Notes: generated by a model from the sequence alone, not told the origin. A stretch of DNA of 64,000 bases from Blastomonas sp. (GCA_046291395.1 JBKBTF010000009.1:3234-67233); one strand, 5' to 3'; shown: positions 1 to 9,456, counted from the stretch's first letter. A program made the numbers and translations.

Positions 1-281
1 ACCTTCATCCGGCGGAACGGCGGGGTTGGCGCGCCCGAATATTTGACTTCGATATCGCTGAAACCGGGCAGGCTGCGGATGTGGTCGATCACCACGGCCA
101 CGCCGACTGCCAACCCTGCGATCGTGCCGTTCACCCCTTCTGGCGCCAGCAGCAGCGTGCCGCACAGGCCATGGCTTGCGCACAAGGCTTCGATCGGCGC
201 GCGCACGGCGGCAGGGTCTTCGATCCGCGCAAAATGATAAAGCGCAGCGACGGTGATCGGATAGTCGGCAATCTGGGTCAT
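1..281 (-). CDS. trhO: Rhodanese-domain tRNA uridine(34) hydroxylase (UPF0176/YceA family), 5' part only; runs off the window edge
   Basis: Not in the ORF track. Manual minus-strand translation from ATG at 281 gives MTQIADYPITVAALYHFARIEDP...LCGTLLLAPEGVNGTIAG...KYSGAPTPPFRRMK, the typical N-terminus of this family (ALYHF, GTLLLAxEGxNGT, PFxRMK). Confidence 0.85.
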   Translation of the reverse strand, partial: MTQIADYPITVAALYHFARIEDPAAVRAPIEALCASHGLCGTLLLAPEGVNGTIAGLAVGVAVVIDHIRSLPGFSDIEVKYSGAPTPPFRRMK

Positions 282-362
282 GCTGCGCCCCATAAGCCAC
301 CACGCGGCCCAATGCCAATGGTCAGGCTTGCAACAGGCAGCGCAGTGCGGCATGGCGGGACC

Positions 363-1055
363 ATGGTTCCCCTTTCGTTCGCCAGACAGGATTTCTTGAT
401 CGTCGACCGCGCCGCCCTGTACTGGCCGGGCCAGCGGGCGCTGTTCGTCGCCGACCTGCATTTCGAAAAGGCGAGCTGGTATGCCGCCTCGGGGCAGATG
501 CTGCCGCCATATGACAGCGCGGCGACGCTCGACCGGCTGGAGGGGGCGATCGTGGCCTGCGGGGCGACAAGCCTGTGGTGCCTGGGCGACAATTTTCACG
601 ACAGCCGCGGGGCCCAGCGGCTCGATGCCAGGCTGGCAGAGCGGCTGGAGAGCCTGGCGCGACGGGTCGCCGTGCACTGGATCACCGGCAACCACGACAG
701 CGCGCTCGATGCGGGCTTTGGCGGCAGGGTGGTGGACGAGGCGGACCTGGGCGGGCTGGCGCTGCGCCACCGTGCAGAAACCTGGGCCGAATCACACCGC
801 AACGTGCCGGAGCTTTCGGGGCATTTCCACCCCCGGCTGAGGGTCAGGTTGCGCGGGCGGATGGTCTCGCGACCCTGTTTCGTGCGTTGTGCCGACCGGT
901 TGATCCTGCCAGCATTCGGATCCCTCACCGGAGGCATGGATGCCAGCGACGCGGCCATCCTGCAGGTGATGGGCGATGATCCGCAGGCGGTTGTCGCTAC
1001 GGAAAGCAGGGCCCTGGCCTTTAACCTGCAAAAAACCGCAGATTTGCGCGCCTGA
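363..1055 (+). CDS. pdeM: Ligase-associated DNA damage response metallophosphoesterase/endonuclease
   Basis: Calcineurin-like motifs ADLHFEK, LGDNFHD, GNHD, SGHFHP, plus GQMLPPYDS and LPAFGSLTGG. Start moved to ATG 363 (MVPLSF). Confidence 0.9.
   Translation: MVPLSFARQDFLIVDRAALYWPGQRALFVADLHFEKASWYAASGQMLPPYDSAATLDRLEGAIVACGATSLWCLGDNFHDSRGAQRLDARLAERLESLARRVAVHWITGNHDSALDAGFGGRVVDEADLGGLALRHRAETWAESHRNVPELSGHFHPRLRVRLRGRMVSRPCFVRCADRLILPAFGSLTGGMDASDAAILQVMGDDPQAVVATESRALAFNLQKTADLRA
366..380 (+). promoter_or_regulatory. Candidate alphaproteobacterial LexA (SOS) box
   Basis: GTTC-CCCTTTC-GTTC is an exact GTTC-N7-GTTC, directly after the pdeM ATG. Confidence 0.55.
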
Positions 1056-1072
1056 GCGGCGCCCGGCAGGTG

Positions 1073-1090
1073 TGTTGCGTTTTTGCGACA
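1073..1090. promoter_or_regulatory. Imperfect palindrome upstream of the TonB-dependent receptor
   Basis: TGTTGC-GTTTTT-GCGACA in the pdeM-receptor intergenic region; binding factor unknown. Confidence 0.4.
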
Positions 1091-1147
1091 TACGGCTGCA
1101 TTTTTGCGTGAGACCCGCGCAAAAGCTGGAAGTTGCCCCGTTTTGGT

Positions 1148-1163
1148 TTAACGTAAGCGTCAA
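1148..1163. promoter_or_regulatory. LiuR-like operator
   Basis: TTAACGTAAGCGTCAA, 14/16 identical to the site at 15553-15568; resembles the TTGACGTnnACGTCAA-type LiuR box. Confidence 0.55.
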
Positions 1164-1208
1164 GGCGGCATCATGACCGCCTATGAAGACCAATATCAGG
1201 AGAGTGAT

Positions 1209-3953
1209 ATGTCCATGCGTTTCGGCCAGACCAGCCGTGTATCCCTCATGCTTTCCGCCGGCCTCGTCGCCATGGCCAGTCCCGCACTGGCGCAGGATGC
1301 CGATGCCGAAGGCGTCCGCGAAGGCAACACCATCGTCGTCGTTGCCCAGGGCCGCGAACAGTTGCTCTCCGATGTTCCCGTCGCCGTTTCCGCAGTCAAC
1401 GCCGAAACGCTGGAAAACACCGGCGCCAACGACATCCGCCAGCTCAACCAGGTCGTCCCCTCGCTGCTCGTGTCCTCGACCGGCAACGAGGCGAACGGGT
1501 CGGCACGTATCCGCGGCATCGGCACCGTCGGCGACAACCCTGGCCTCGAAAGCTCGGTCGCGGTGTTCATCGATGGCGTCTACCGCTCGCGCTCGGGCAT
1601 CGGCCTCAACGAACTCGGCGAGATCGAGCGGGTGGAAGTCCTGCGCGGCCCGCAGGGCACGCTGTTCGGCCGCAACGCCTCTGCCGGCATCATCTCGATC
1701 TACTCCAAGCGGCCCGAGTTCGAATTCGGCGGTTTTGCCGAAGCGACCTATGGCAACTTCGACAACATCCGCCTGCAGGCCGGGCTGACCGGTCCGATCA
1801 CGCAGGACCTTGCCGCACGCATCGACGGCGTCTTTGAGCGGCGCGACGGTTTCCTGCAGGATGTGACCAACAACATCGATCTCAACAACCGCAACCGCTA
1901 TTTCGTCAAGGGCCAGCTGCTGTGGGAGCCGACCGACGATGTGTCGTTCCGCTTCATTGCCGATTACACCAACCGTGACGAGCGCTGCTGCGGCGCGGTC
2001 AATCTGGGCAACCGGTTCAACCCGCTGATCGGCAACCTCAACAACCCCTCGACGCCGCTGTCGCCGCTGCAGCCGAACGGCAACAACATCATCAACGTGC
2101 TGCGCGATCTGGGCCAGCCTTTGGTGTCGTTCAATGATCCCTTCAGCCGCAATGCCTTCGTCACCCGCGGCCGCAATTACAACGGCAGCACCGAGGATGG
2201 CGGGGTTTCGCTCGAGGTGAACTGGGATCTGGGCGGCGCCTCGCTGACCTCGATCACCGGATATCGCTATTATCGCAACAGCCAGGCCGGCGACATCGAT
2301 TACAGCACGGTCGACATCCTCTATCGCGCCGACGACGAGGACGCCCAGTTCCGCCGGTTCAAGACCTTCACCCAGGAGCTGCGGCTGCAAGGTGAAGCGT
2401 TCGGCGGCACGCTCGACTGGCTGGTCGGCGGCTATTTCGCCAACGAGGACCTGACCGTGCGCGACAACCTGCGCTTCGGAAACCAATATGGCCGGTTCGC
2501 AAGCTGCCGCCTGATTTCCGGCGGCGGTCTGGCAGGGCTGTATTCGCCCACCTCGCCCGGCTGCGTTGGCGCGCGTCCGGCGCTGTTCGGCGCAGCATCG
2601 CCAATCATCTTCGGTGCTCTCGACCGGCTCGACAGCATCAACGATCGCGGATCGATCAGCGACCGCTATTTCCAGAACAGCCGCAACTTCGCGATCTTCA
2701 CGCACAACATCGTGCACATCACCGACCGGCTCGATCTGACCCTGGGCCTGCGCTACACCAACGAGCGCAAGCGCTTCAACGCCACCTTCAGCAACGACAA
2801 CACCGCTTGCGTGCAGAACCAGGCCGCGCTGACTCCGTTCCTGACCAATCCTGCTCTGGCAGCGGTCGCTGGCGGCATCATCGGCCTGTCGTGCCAGGGC
2901 AATTCGACCGCGGAACTCAACGGCGTGTCGATCAACGACCGTCGCCGCGAGAGCGAGTTCACCGGCACGGTCGTGCTGTCGTGGAAGGCTACCGACGATC
3001 TGTTGTTCTATGGCAGCGCCTCGCGCGGCTACAAGGCGGGCGGCTTCAACCTCGACCGTTCGGCGCTCAAGGGCCCGATCGTCGCACCATTGGGCCAGAT
3101 TCCCACCACCACCTTCGCGGCGGTCGGCGGTGCCCAGGCGCTGGTCGGCAACCTGCAGTTTGATCAGGAAATCGTCGATGCGTTCGAACTGGGGGCGAAA
3201 TACTCCACCGGACCGCTGACCATCAACCTCGCGCTGTTCCGCCAGCAGTTCGAGAACTTCCAGCTCAACACCTTCAACGGAACGGTGTTCCTGGTGCAGA
3301 CCGTCAATGGCTGTTCGACCGATCTGGGCGGCGGCGATCGTGACCTCAGCGCCACCACCGGCGCCTGCGCCCGCGACGATGTCAGCTATGGCGTGGTCGC
3401 ACAGGGCGTGGAGCTCGAGGCATCGGTCAACCCGGCGCGCAACTTCAACGTCAATGCCGGCGTGACCTATGCCCAGACCAAATATCGCAACAACCTGGTC
3501 GGCAACAAGTCGGGTGCACCGCTCGATCCGGCGCTGCGTCTGCTGCCCGGCGACAACCTGTCGAACGCGCCCGAACTGACGCTGACCGGATCGATGGCGT
3601 GGACGCCGGATATCGGCGACAGCGGCCTGTCGGGTCTGGTCTATGTCGATACCCGCGTGACCGAAGGGTTCAATACCGGCTCCGACCTCTTCCCGCAGAA
3701 GGAACAGCCCAGCTTCGTCGTGGTCAACGCCCGCGTGGGTCTGCGTGGTCCCGATCAGATCTGGGCAGTCGAGCTCTGGGCGCAGAACCTGTTCAACGAG
3801 GACTTCACCCAGGTCGCATTCAACAGCCCGTTCCAGGCTGGCGGCGCGGGCGCCCCGTTCGTCGATCCGCAGTTCCCGGGCAACCGCCAGATCTTCTCGG
3901 CATTCCTCGGCGAGCCGCGCACCTACGGCATCACGCTGCGCAGCCGCTTCTGA
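1209..3953 (+). CDS. TonB-dependent receptor
   Basis: Signal peptide (…PALAQ), TonB-box-like TIVVVAQ, plug motif IERVEVLRGPQGTLFGRNASAG, C-terminal GEPRTYGITLRSRF. RBS AGGAG precedes ATG 1209. Confidence 0.95.
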   Translation: MSMRFGQTSRVSLMLSAGLVAMASPALAQDADAEGVREGNTIVVVAQGREQLLSDVPVAVSAVNAETLENTGANDIRQLNQVVPSLLVSSTGNEANGSARIRGIGTVGDNPGLESSVAVFIDGVYRSRSGIGLNELGEIERVEVLRGPQGTLFGRNASAGIISIYSKRPEFEFGGFAEATYGNFDNIRLQAGLTGPITQDLAARIDGVFERRDGFLQDVTNNIDLNNRNRYFVKGQLLWEPTDDVSFRFIADYTNRDERCCGAVNLGNRFNPLIGNLNNPSTPLSPLQPNGNNIINVLRDLGQPLVSFNDPFSRNAFVTRGRNYNGSTEDGGVSLEVNWDLGGASLTSITGYRYYRNSQAGDIDYSTVDILYRADDEDAQFRRFKTFTQELRLQGEAFGGTLDWLVGGYFANEDLTVRDNLRFGNQYGRFASCRLISGGGLAGLYSPTSPGCVGARPALFGAASPIIFGALDRLDSINDRGSISDRYFQNSRNFAIFTHNIVHITDRLDLTLGLRYTNERKRFNATFSNDNTACVQNQAALTPFLTNPALAAVAGGIIGLSCQGNSTAELNGVSINDRRRESEFTGTVVLSWKATDDLLFYGSASRGYKAGGFNLDRSALKGPIVAPLGQIPTTTFAAVGGAQALVGNLQFDQEIVDAFELGAKYSTGPLTINLALFRQQFENFQLNTFNGTVFLVQTVNGCSTDLGGGDRDLSATTGACARDDVSYGVVAQGVELEASVNPARNFNVNAGVTYAQTKYRNNLVGNKSGAPLDPALRLLPGDNLSNAPELTLTGSMAWTPDIGDSGLSGLVYVDTRVTEGFNTGSDLFPQKEQPSFVVVNARVGLRGPDQIWAVELWAQNLFNEDFTQVAFNSPFQAGGAGAPFVDPQFPGNRQIFSAFLGEPRTYGITLRSRF

Positions 3954-3976
3954 TCTGACAGCTGCGACCAAACAGG

Positions 3977-4012
3977 AAAGGCCCCGTCTGCGCATGGCAG
4001 GCGGGGCCTTTT
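3977..4012. terminator. Bidirectional Rho-independent terminator
   Basis: AAAGGCCCCGTCTGC-GCATG-GCAGGCGGGGCCTTTT between convergent genes. Confidence 0.85.
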
Positions 4013-4046
4013 GCTGTTCGGAACGTGCAGGCGATTCGGCGGAAGC

Positions 4047-4838
4047 TCAGTCCTCGTCATCCTGCACCGGTGCCGCCACGCGCGGCTTGCGGCCCTGCGC
4101 GATGACATACCATTCGCTGCTGGCCTTGCGGCTGGCGGGCGGCTTGGCGTGCTTGACCGTCTTGAAATGCTGCTTGAGCAAAGCGAGCAGCTCGTTGTCG
4201 GTCCCGCCTGCCAGCACCTTGGCGACGAATGCGCCGCCTTCTGCCAGATGATCGACCGCAAAATGCGCCGCCGCCTCGACCAGTCCCATGGTGCGCAGAT
4301 GGTCGGTCTGCTTGTGGCCGACGGTGTTGGCCGCCATGTCGGACAGAACAAGGTCCGGCTGTGCCCCCAGCGCCTCGATCAATGTGTCCGGTGCATTGTC
4401 GGTCATGAAATCCATCTCGAAGATGGTTACGCCCTCGATCGGGTCGACCGGCAGCAGATCGATGCCCACCACGGCCGCCTTGGGGTTGATCCGCCGGATC
4501 AGCTGCGCCCAGCCGCCCGGGGCAATCCCCAGATCGATGATGTGGCGCGCCTTGCGCACCAGCGAGAATTTCTCGTCGAGCTCGACCAATTTGTAGGCGG
4601 CGCGGCTGCGATAGCCATCGGCCTTGGCCTTGCGCACATACGGGTCGTTGAGCTGGCGCGAGAGCCAGCGGTTGGACGATGCGGTGCGCCCCTTGGCGGT
4701 CTTCACCCGCTGGTGGAGCGCATCGCCATAGCGGCCGGTGGGTTTGCGCGCGCTCGACCCGGGGACCTTCTTGCCCCCCCCGCCATCCTTGCCGCTTCCG
4801 GTTTTTCCGCCGTCCTTGCCGTCGTTTCCGCTGCTCAT
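4047..4838 (-). CDS. rlmE: 23S rRNA (U2552-2'-O)-methyltransferase
   Basis: [50 protein letters not shown]. Confidence 0.95.
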   Translation of the reverse strand: MSSGNDGKDGGKTGSGKDGGGGKKVPGSSARKPTGRYGDALHQRVKTAKGRTASSNRWLSRQLNDPYVRKAKADGYRSRAAYKLVELDEKFSLVRKARHIIDLGIAPGGWAQLIRRINPKAAVVGIDLLPVDPIEGVTIFEMDFMTDNAPDTLIEALGAQPDLVLSDMAANTVGHKQTDHLRTMGLVEAAAHFAVDHLAEGGAFVAKVLAGGTDNELLALLKQHFKTVKHAKPPASRKASSEWYVIAQGRKPRVAAPVQDDED

Positions 4839-6049
4839 GCCTTGTGTCCGTTATGCGCGGGTGCCGCCGGGGTGGTTGCCAGCGGAGCGTCGCGGCCCAT
4901 CAGCGCGCGCAATATGCCCTCGCGGATGCCACGGTCGGCCACGCCCAGCCGCACCGCGGGCCAGATGTCGAGAATCGATTCGAGGATGGCGCACCCCGCC
5001 ACCACCAGATCGGCGCGTTCCTTGCCGATGCAGGGCAATTCGCGCCGCTGCTGCAGGCTGAGGCCCGCAAGCCGCGCGCTGATCGCGCGCATCGATTCGG
5101 AAGGCACGATCAGCCCGTCGATCGCGTCGCGGTTGTAGCAGGGCAGGTCGAGATGCAGGCTCGCCAGCGTGGTCACGGTGCCACTGGTTCCCAGCAGCCG
5201 GCGGTCGTCATTGGCCATCATCGGCAACCGCTTGGCGAACGCCGCAAAGCCCTGCATCACCCGGTCGCGCATCCGCTGATAGGCGGCATCGCGCGCGTGC
5301 GGGTCCTCGGGGTCGAAGCTTTCGCTCTCGGTCAGCGTCACCACGCCCCACGGCACGCTCATCCAGTCGAGGATGTCGGGCACGGGCCCTGAGCTGTCGA
5401 CCAGCACCAGTTCGGTCGATCCGCCGCCAATGTCGAAGATCAAGGCGGGGCCGTCGCCGGGTTCGAGCAGGATATGGCAGCCCAGCACCGCCAGCCGCGC
5501 CTCTTCCTCGGCGGTGATGATATCGAGCACGATGCCGGTTTCGCGCCGGACGCGCTCGATGAAATCGGGTCCGTTGGCGGCCTTGCGGCAGGCCTCGGTC
5601 GCCACCGATCGCGCCAGCGCGACATGGCGGCGGCGCAATTTGTCGGCACAGATCGCCAGCGCAGCCACCGCGCGGTCCATCGCCGCATCGCTCAGCCGCC
5701 CCGACTGGCCCAGCCCCTCGCCCAGCCGCACCACGCGCGAGAACGCATCGACAACGACAAATCCATCCGCCGCTGGCTTGGCGATCAGCAGCCTGCAGTT
5801 GTTGGTGCCAAGATCGATCGCGGCATAGGCGCGGCGCGCGTTCCAGTTGCTGCGGTCTGCCATGCGGCCCCGCGAGCCGCTACCCGAGCTGTTGCCCTGG
5901 CCTGGACCAGCCGGGTTCGTGTTGCGCTGTTTCGCCGCATTCCGGCCACCGATGCCGGGTTTCGCCAGTTCGCCCGAGGCTGACTCTGGATCGGCAGAGT
6001 GCGGTGCCATCGGTTCGGCCTGCGGCACCGGTGTAGATCGCTCCACCAT
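4835..6049 (-). CDS. Ppx/GppA family exopolyphosphatase
   Basis: [43 protein letters not shown]. True start uncertain (could be ATG 5863). Confidence 0.9.
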   Translation of the reverse strand: MVERSTPVPQAEPMAPHSADPESASGELAKPGIGGRNAAKQRNTNPAGPGQGNSSGSGSRGRMADRSNWNARRAYAAIDLGTNNCRLLIAKPAADGFVVVDAFSRVVRLGEGLGQSGRLSDAAMDRAVAALAICADKLRRRHVALARSVATEACRKAANGPDFIERVRRETGIVLDIITAEEEARLAVLGCHILLEPGDGPALIFDIGGGSTELVLVDSSGPVPDILDWMSVPWGVVTLTESESFDPEDPHARDAAYQRMRDRVMQGFAAFAKRLPMMANDDRRLLGTSGTVTTLASLHLDLPCYNRDAIDGLIVPSESMRAISARLAGLSLQQRRELPCIGKERADLVVAGCAILESILDIWPAVRLGVADRGIREGILRALMGRDAPLATTPAAPAHNGHKA

Positions 6050-6224
6050 GCCAAGTTGCTCTTTTTCTCATCCGGTCCTGCCCGCGCGGCCAATATGCCC
6101 GCGCATCGCCGGTACTTGGGCGCAAGGCTAGCCAATCTGGCGCTTCAGCGCAAGCGCGCCGCCGGTTCTGCCCCTTTTTGGGTCTTGACCGCTTTTCGGG
6201 ACAGGCTTAATGGGGCCGCTCCAT

Positions 6225-6298
6225 TGCCCCTTCGTCTAATGGTAAGACCACGGACTCTGACTCCGTTAATCAAGGTTCGAATCCTTGGGGGGCATCCA
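6225..6298 (+). tRNA. tRNA-Gln (anticodon CTG)
   Basis: Full cloverleaf: acceptor TGCCCCT/GGGGGCA, anticodon stem ACGGA/TCCGT with CTG at 6257-6259, T-arm CAAGG-TTCGAAT-CCTTG, encoded CCA. TTGACC -35 element at 6185. Confidence 0.97.
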
Positions 6299-6304
6299 TT
6301 TCCA
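6297..6304 (+). repeat. Left 8-bp target site duplication CATTTCCA
   Basis: Identical to 9482-9489; abuts the left inverted repeat. Confidence 0.93.
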
Positions 6305-6329
6305 CGGCATTATGGCGCAGAGGAACTAG
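6305..6329 (+). repeat. Left terminal inverted repeat
   Basis: CGGCATTATGGCGCAGAGGAACTAG; 24/25 match to the reverse complement of 9457-9481. Confidence 0.93.
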
Positions 6330-6421
6330 CTCTGCCATTTTCCACAACAATGTGATCTGCCTCTGTTTTTCCTGATACGCGGTGATTGATCCTTTAACCC
6401 GTGCCGGCTTATGGCCCGGTA

Positions 6422-6931
6422 ATGGGATACACAAACCTCAAGGAAAACCTTCAGCGCAAGTTCGCTGATTGGCTTGGTGAGCACCAAGACCTCGAAAAGC
6501 ACATAGCTGAGGTAACAGCGGCGTATGAATCGCTGGGTGAGAAGCGTGATAGGCTCGAGACTGTCGAAAAATTGCTCACGAGCACCAAAATCATCATGAA
6601 AGAGATCGCTCCGAACTGGAAGTCGGAGTCAGTTCGGCCGAGTCGTCGAAATGCGATGAAGCTCCCGTTCAACCCGGGGGAGGTAACCCGGATGGCATTC
6701 GATGTGATGCGTCGAGAGGCTCGGCCAATGAGCTCCAGGATGATCGCAGCATTAGTTGTAGCCGAAAAGGGACTGGATCCGGACGATCGGATGCTCGTCG
6801 ATCAGGTGAAGATTGCCGTAGATGCCAGCCTTAGGTCCAAAAAAGGTCAGTTTGTCGAAACGGATGGCGAAGGCTACGGCCGTACCTGGTTCATTATCCA
6901 AGGCGACAGGCCTACGCCTTCCGACCAGTAA
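6422..6931 (+). CDS. Hypothetical passenger protein (predicted coiled coil plus winged-helix-like C-terminus)
   Basis: 169-aa ORF inside the element. Heptad-like N-terminus; C-terminal GEVTRMAFDVMRREARPMSSRMIA…GRTWFI looks like a wHTH. Confidence 0.7.
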   Translation: MGYTNLKENLQRKFADWLGEHQDLEKHIAEVTAAYESLGEKRDRLETVEKLLTSTKIIMKEIAPNWKSESVRPSRRNAMKLPFNPGEVTRMAFDVMRREARPMSSRMIAALVVAEKGLDPDDRMLVDQVKIAVDASLRSKKGQFVETDGEGYGRTWFIIQGDRPTPSDQ

Positions 6932-7991
6932 GATAGGCTATGGCATCGTCATCGTCCTGATCGTTCACCGGTGTAGGTGGATTGTCATTGCTAACAGGTT
7001 TGGCTTTACGTCCCTGCCAGTAGCCAACGAGCGTCTTCGACGGAGGTGCGCGGCCTATGGCACCAATCATCATGGCTGCCTGACTACCGTTCGACACGCG
7101 GCGGTTTTGCTCTTTCCATGCAAGCTCCATCGCATAGCGAGGCAAGTGAGCCCCCGAAATGTGCTTGTGAACGCCTCGCTCTGCGCTTCGCATCCGCTCA
7201 AAAAAGCTCTCTGCCATATTGGTGCAGGCGCCATCGTGGGAAAAGTGCTCCGAGTGGTTTATCCGCTTGGTTTCGAATAGGAGTTGAAGCGGTTCCCATT
7301 GCGGGCTCATATCGGCATGAACGATTGTGTCAGGCAGCAGGATGTTACGGGCGATCTCAATGGCATCCCCTTCTTTTCCGAGCAGGAACGTCCGTAGCTT
7401 ACCGGTTTTGCCGGTCTGAGGATCATCCCTCTCGCGCATCACCACAATAAGCTTCTGACGCTTTTTCGCCGCAACTTTGTTCTTTTTCCTGAACTCGTCC
7501 CACAGGCTTTTGCTGTTGGGCAGCTTGGGCAAGCTGCCGCCAAACACTGCGCCATCAATCTCAACTATCCCAGCAAGCTGTGCTGTTTCCTCATCCAATC
7601 CCATGGCTTCCCTGACCTTGTGCAGGAGCACCCAAGCCGACTTGTATGTGATATCCAGTTCGCGCGAAAGGCGGCAGGCGGAAACGCCCATGACGCCATT
7701 GGCGAAGATCACGCAGGCGGTGAGAAGCTTGCGGTATGAAAGTTTGCGATCTTTGAAGATTGTGCCGCTGGTGAGGGAGAAGGACTTACGACAGCCCAAG
7801 CAGCGCCACTTCTTATCGTCCTCGATCTCCCAGTGGGTAATGCCACCACAGTGCGGGCAGATCGGCTTACCGCCATTTACATCCCAGATAATCCGCTTGA
7901 GCTTGGCGTAGGCACGTTTCTCCGACATTGAGGCAACGGACAGAATGCTGACCGTTCGCGCCTGTGGAGAAAGAAGGAAGTGTTGTGCCAT
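6912..7991 (-). CDS. IS1595 family DDE transposase
   Basis: Zn ribbon CPHCG…CLGCRKSFSLTSGTIF, HTH LSRELDITYKSAW, catalytic regions VEIDGAVFGG, VHAD, TNMAESFF. Confidence 0.95.
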   Translation of the reverse strand: MAQHFLLSPQARTVSILSVASMSEKRAYAKLKRIIWDVNGGKPICPHCGGITHWEIEDDKKWRCLGCRKSFSLTSGTIFKDRKLSYRKLLTACVIFANGVMGVSACRLSRELDITYKSAWVLLHKVREAMGLDEETAQLAGIVEIDGAVFGGSLPKLPNSKSLWDEFRKKNKVAAKKRQKLIVVMRERDDPQTGKTGKLRTFLLGKEGDAIEIARNILLPDTIVHADMSPQWEPLQLLFETKRINHSEHFSHDGACTNMAESFFERMRSAERGVHKHISGAHLPRYAMELAWKEQNRRVSNGSQAAMMIGAIGRAPPSKTLVGYWQGRKAKPVSNDNPPTPVNDQDDDDAIAYLTGRKA

Positions 7992-7994
7992 GAA

Positions 7995-8023
7995 ATATGA
8001 TGCTCTACGTCATCATATATGAT
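7995..8023. promoter_or_regulatory. Overlapping palindromes just upstream of the transposase start
   Basis: ATATGATG-N8-CATCATAT (7995-8018) and perfect ATCATATATGAT (8012-8023). Confidence 0.5.
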
Positions 8024-8157
8024 TATGTCGCTCCTTTGTCTAGCCGGAATATCCATATTTGATGATGTCCGCCATCAATTTCAGTGTTGACTGGGTTTGC
8101 CATTCCATCTGGCCTCTCCTACAACATGCGCGAACCCACTTTGGAGTGACCGTGGTG

Positions 8158-8466
8158 ATGAGCGATGAGAAGGTCTGGGAAGAGCTGGCAAAGAACACCC
8201 TACGGGCTGCCATGATGAGCAAGGGCGTATCGTATGCGGCCCTGGCAGAGCGCCTCTCAACGGTTGGGGTTGAGGACAATGAGCTTAACCTCCGCAATAA
8301 GGTTAGCCGGGGAAGGTTCACTGCTGTCTTCCTGATGCAGTGCCTGCATGTGCTCGGCGCGGAGTGGATTCATCTACCTAAGGATCCGGAGGAAGCTACT
8401 GGCAAGCATGGTGCGCAGTCTCTGGCAAAGAAAATGTCACCACCATCGAGTGGAAAAGATACATAG
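8158..8466 (+). CDS. DUF6471-like small HTH protein
   Basis: WEELAKNTLRAAMMSKGVSYAALAERL…NLRNKVSRGRFTAVFLMQCL pattern; divergent from the transposase. Confidence 0.75.
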   Translation: MSDEKVWEELAKNTLRAAMMSKGVSYAALAERLSTVGVEDNELNLRNKVSRGRFTAVFLMQCLHVLGAEWIHLPKDPEEATGKHGAQSLAKKMSPPSSGKDT

Positions 8467-8549
8467 GATTTGCATTATTTGACGGCATCCTAAATCATGC
8501 TATGTAATTACTACTCAAATCCATTTACCTAACAAAAGGAGGAGCATCA

Positions 8550-9380
8550 ATGGATGATCTGCTTAAGCAAATTGCTCTTCTTAATGACGAGCTTTCATCA
8601 TTAAAAAGCGATCGTAAGGAGTTTTTGACGCATGATCAGCAGCTCCTAAAAGATATCGAGCTCACTTACACGTCCAATGCTATTGAAGGTAACACGCTTA
8701 CCCTCGATCAAACTTCAGATCTGATTCAGCACGGGATAACGGTTGGTGGTAAACGACTAGATGAGCATCTTGAGGCTAAGGACCACTATGAGGCTCTTGT
8801 CTGGATGCGTGGCATCGCTTCTTCAGGAAATCCGATCGACGAAGAAACAATTACTGAACTCCATCGCCGTGTAGTTGCGAATAGTCGCAGGGACATCGCT
8901 GGGATGTATAGTCAGACAGCACGACGGATATATGGGTCAGAAGTCATTTTTCCTAATCCGGTTAAGATACCCGCTTTAATGGCCAGTCTTGGCGACGATC
9001 TGGCGAGCTCGGCAAACTCTCCGGCTGACGCGTTCAGCTTCCACCATCGCCTCGTATCCATTCATCCCTTCGATGATGGAAACGGTCGCACCGCACGTCT
9101 GCTGATGAATATGATTCTCTTGAGAGGAGGGTATGTCCCAGTCACAATCGGCCCAGACCAACGCAGTGAATATCTAGGGACAATCCGTGAGGCCCAGGTC
9201 AACAATGACGAAAAAGCCCCAGCTTTCCAGGAGTTTATGCATCGACGGTTGATTGTGAATATGCGGGAATATGTGGAGGTTTTGCGTGAAGGAAGGGAAA
9301 TGAATCAGCAGTCAAAAAAGCCTGCACTCACCCCAGAACAGCTGGCATTCCTCCACAGAAATCAAGGCCAAGGACGGTAA
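8550..9380 (+). CDS. Fic family protein (class II, N-terminal inhibitory helix)
   Basis: Canonical HPFDDGNGRTAR active site; SNAIEG matches (S/T)xxxE(G/N). Strong RBS AGGAGG; TTGACG at 8479. Confidence 0.93.
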   Translation: MDDLLKQIALLNDELSSLKSDRKEFLTHDQQLLKDIELTYTSNAIEGNTLTLDQTSDLIQHGITVGGKRLDEHLEAKDHYEALVWMRGIASSGNPIDEETITELHRRVVANSRRDIAGMYSQTARRIYGSEVIFPNPVKIPALMASLGDDLASSANSPADAFSFHHRLVSIHPFDDGNGRTARLLMNMILLRGGYVPVTIGPDQRSEYLGTIREAQVNNDEKAPAFQEFMHRRLIVNMREYVEVLREGREMNQQSKKPALTPEQLAFLHRNQGQGR

Positions 9381-9456
9381 ATTTATGGCCGTAAATCCCA
9401 GCCTCCAGCACCTCAGAGTCATTAAATTCTAGATTTATCAGTGGCTTATGAGGTGT

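Noticed and set aside
792-3995. 1067-aa minus-strand ORF and other long antisense ORFs (e.g. 26650-28929, 29354-31144, 37542-39332, 45913-47778, 52847-54499)
   Set aside because: They shadow well-supported genes on the opposite strand, have no recognisable motifs and are expected from high-GC codon bias.
4740-4838. Gly/Lys-rich GKDGG repeat at the RlmE N-terminus
   Set aside because: Short low-complexity extension with no evidence of function.
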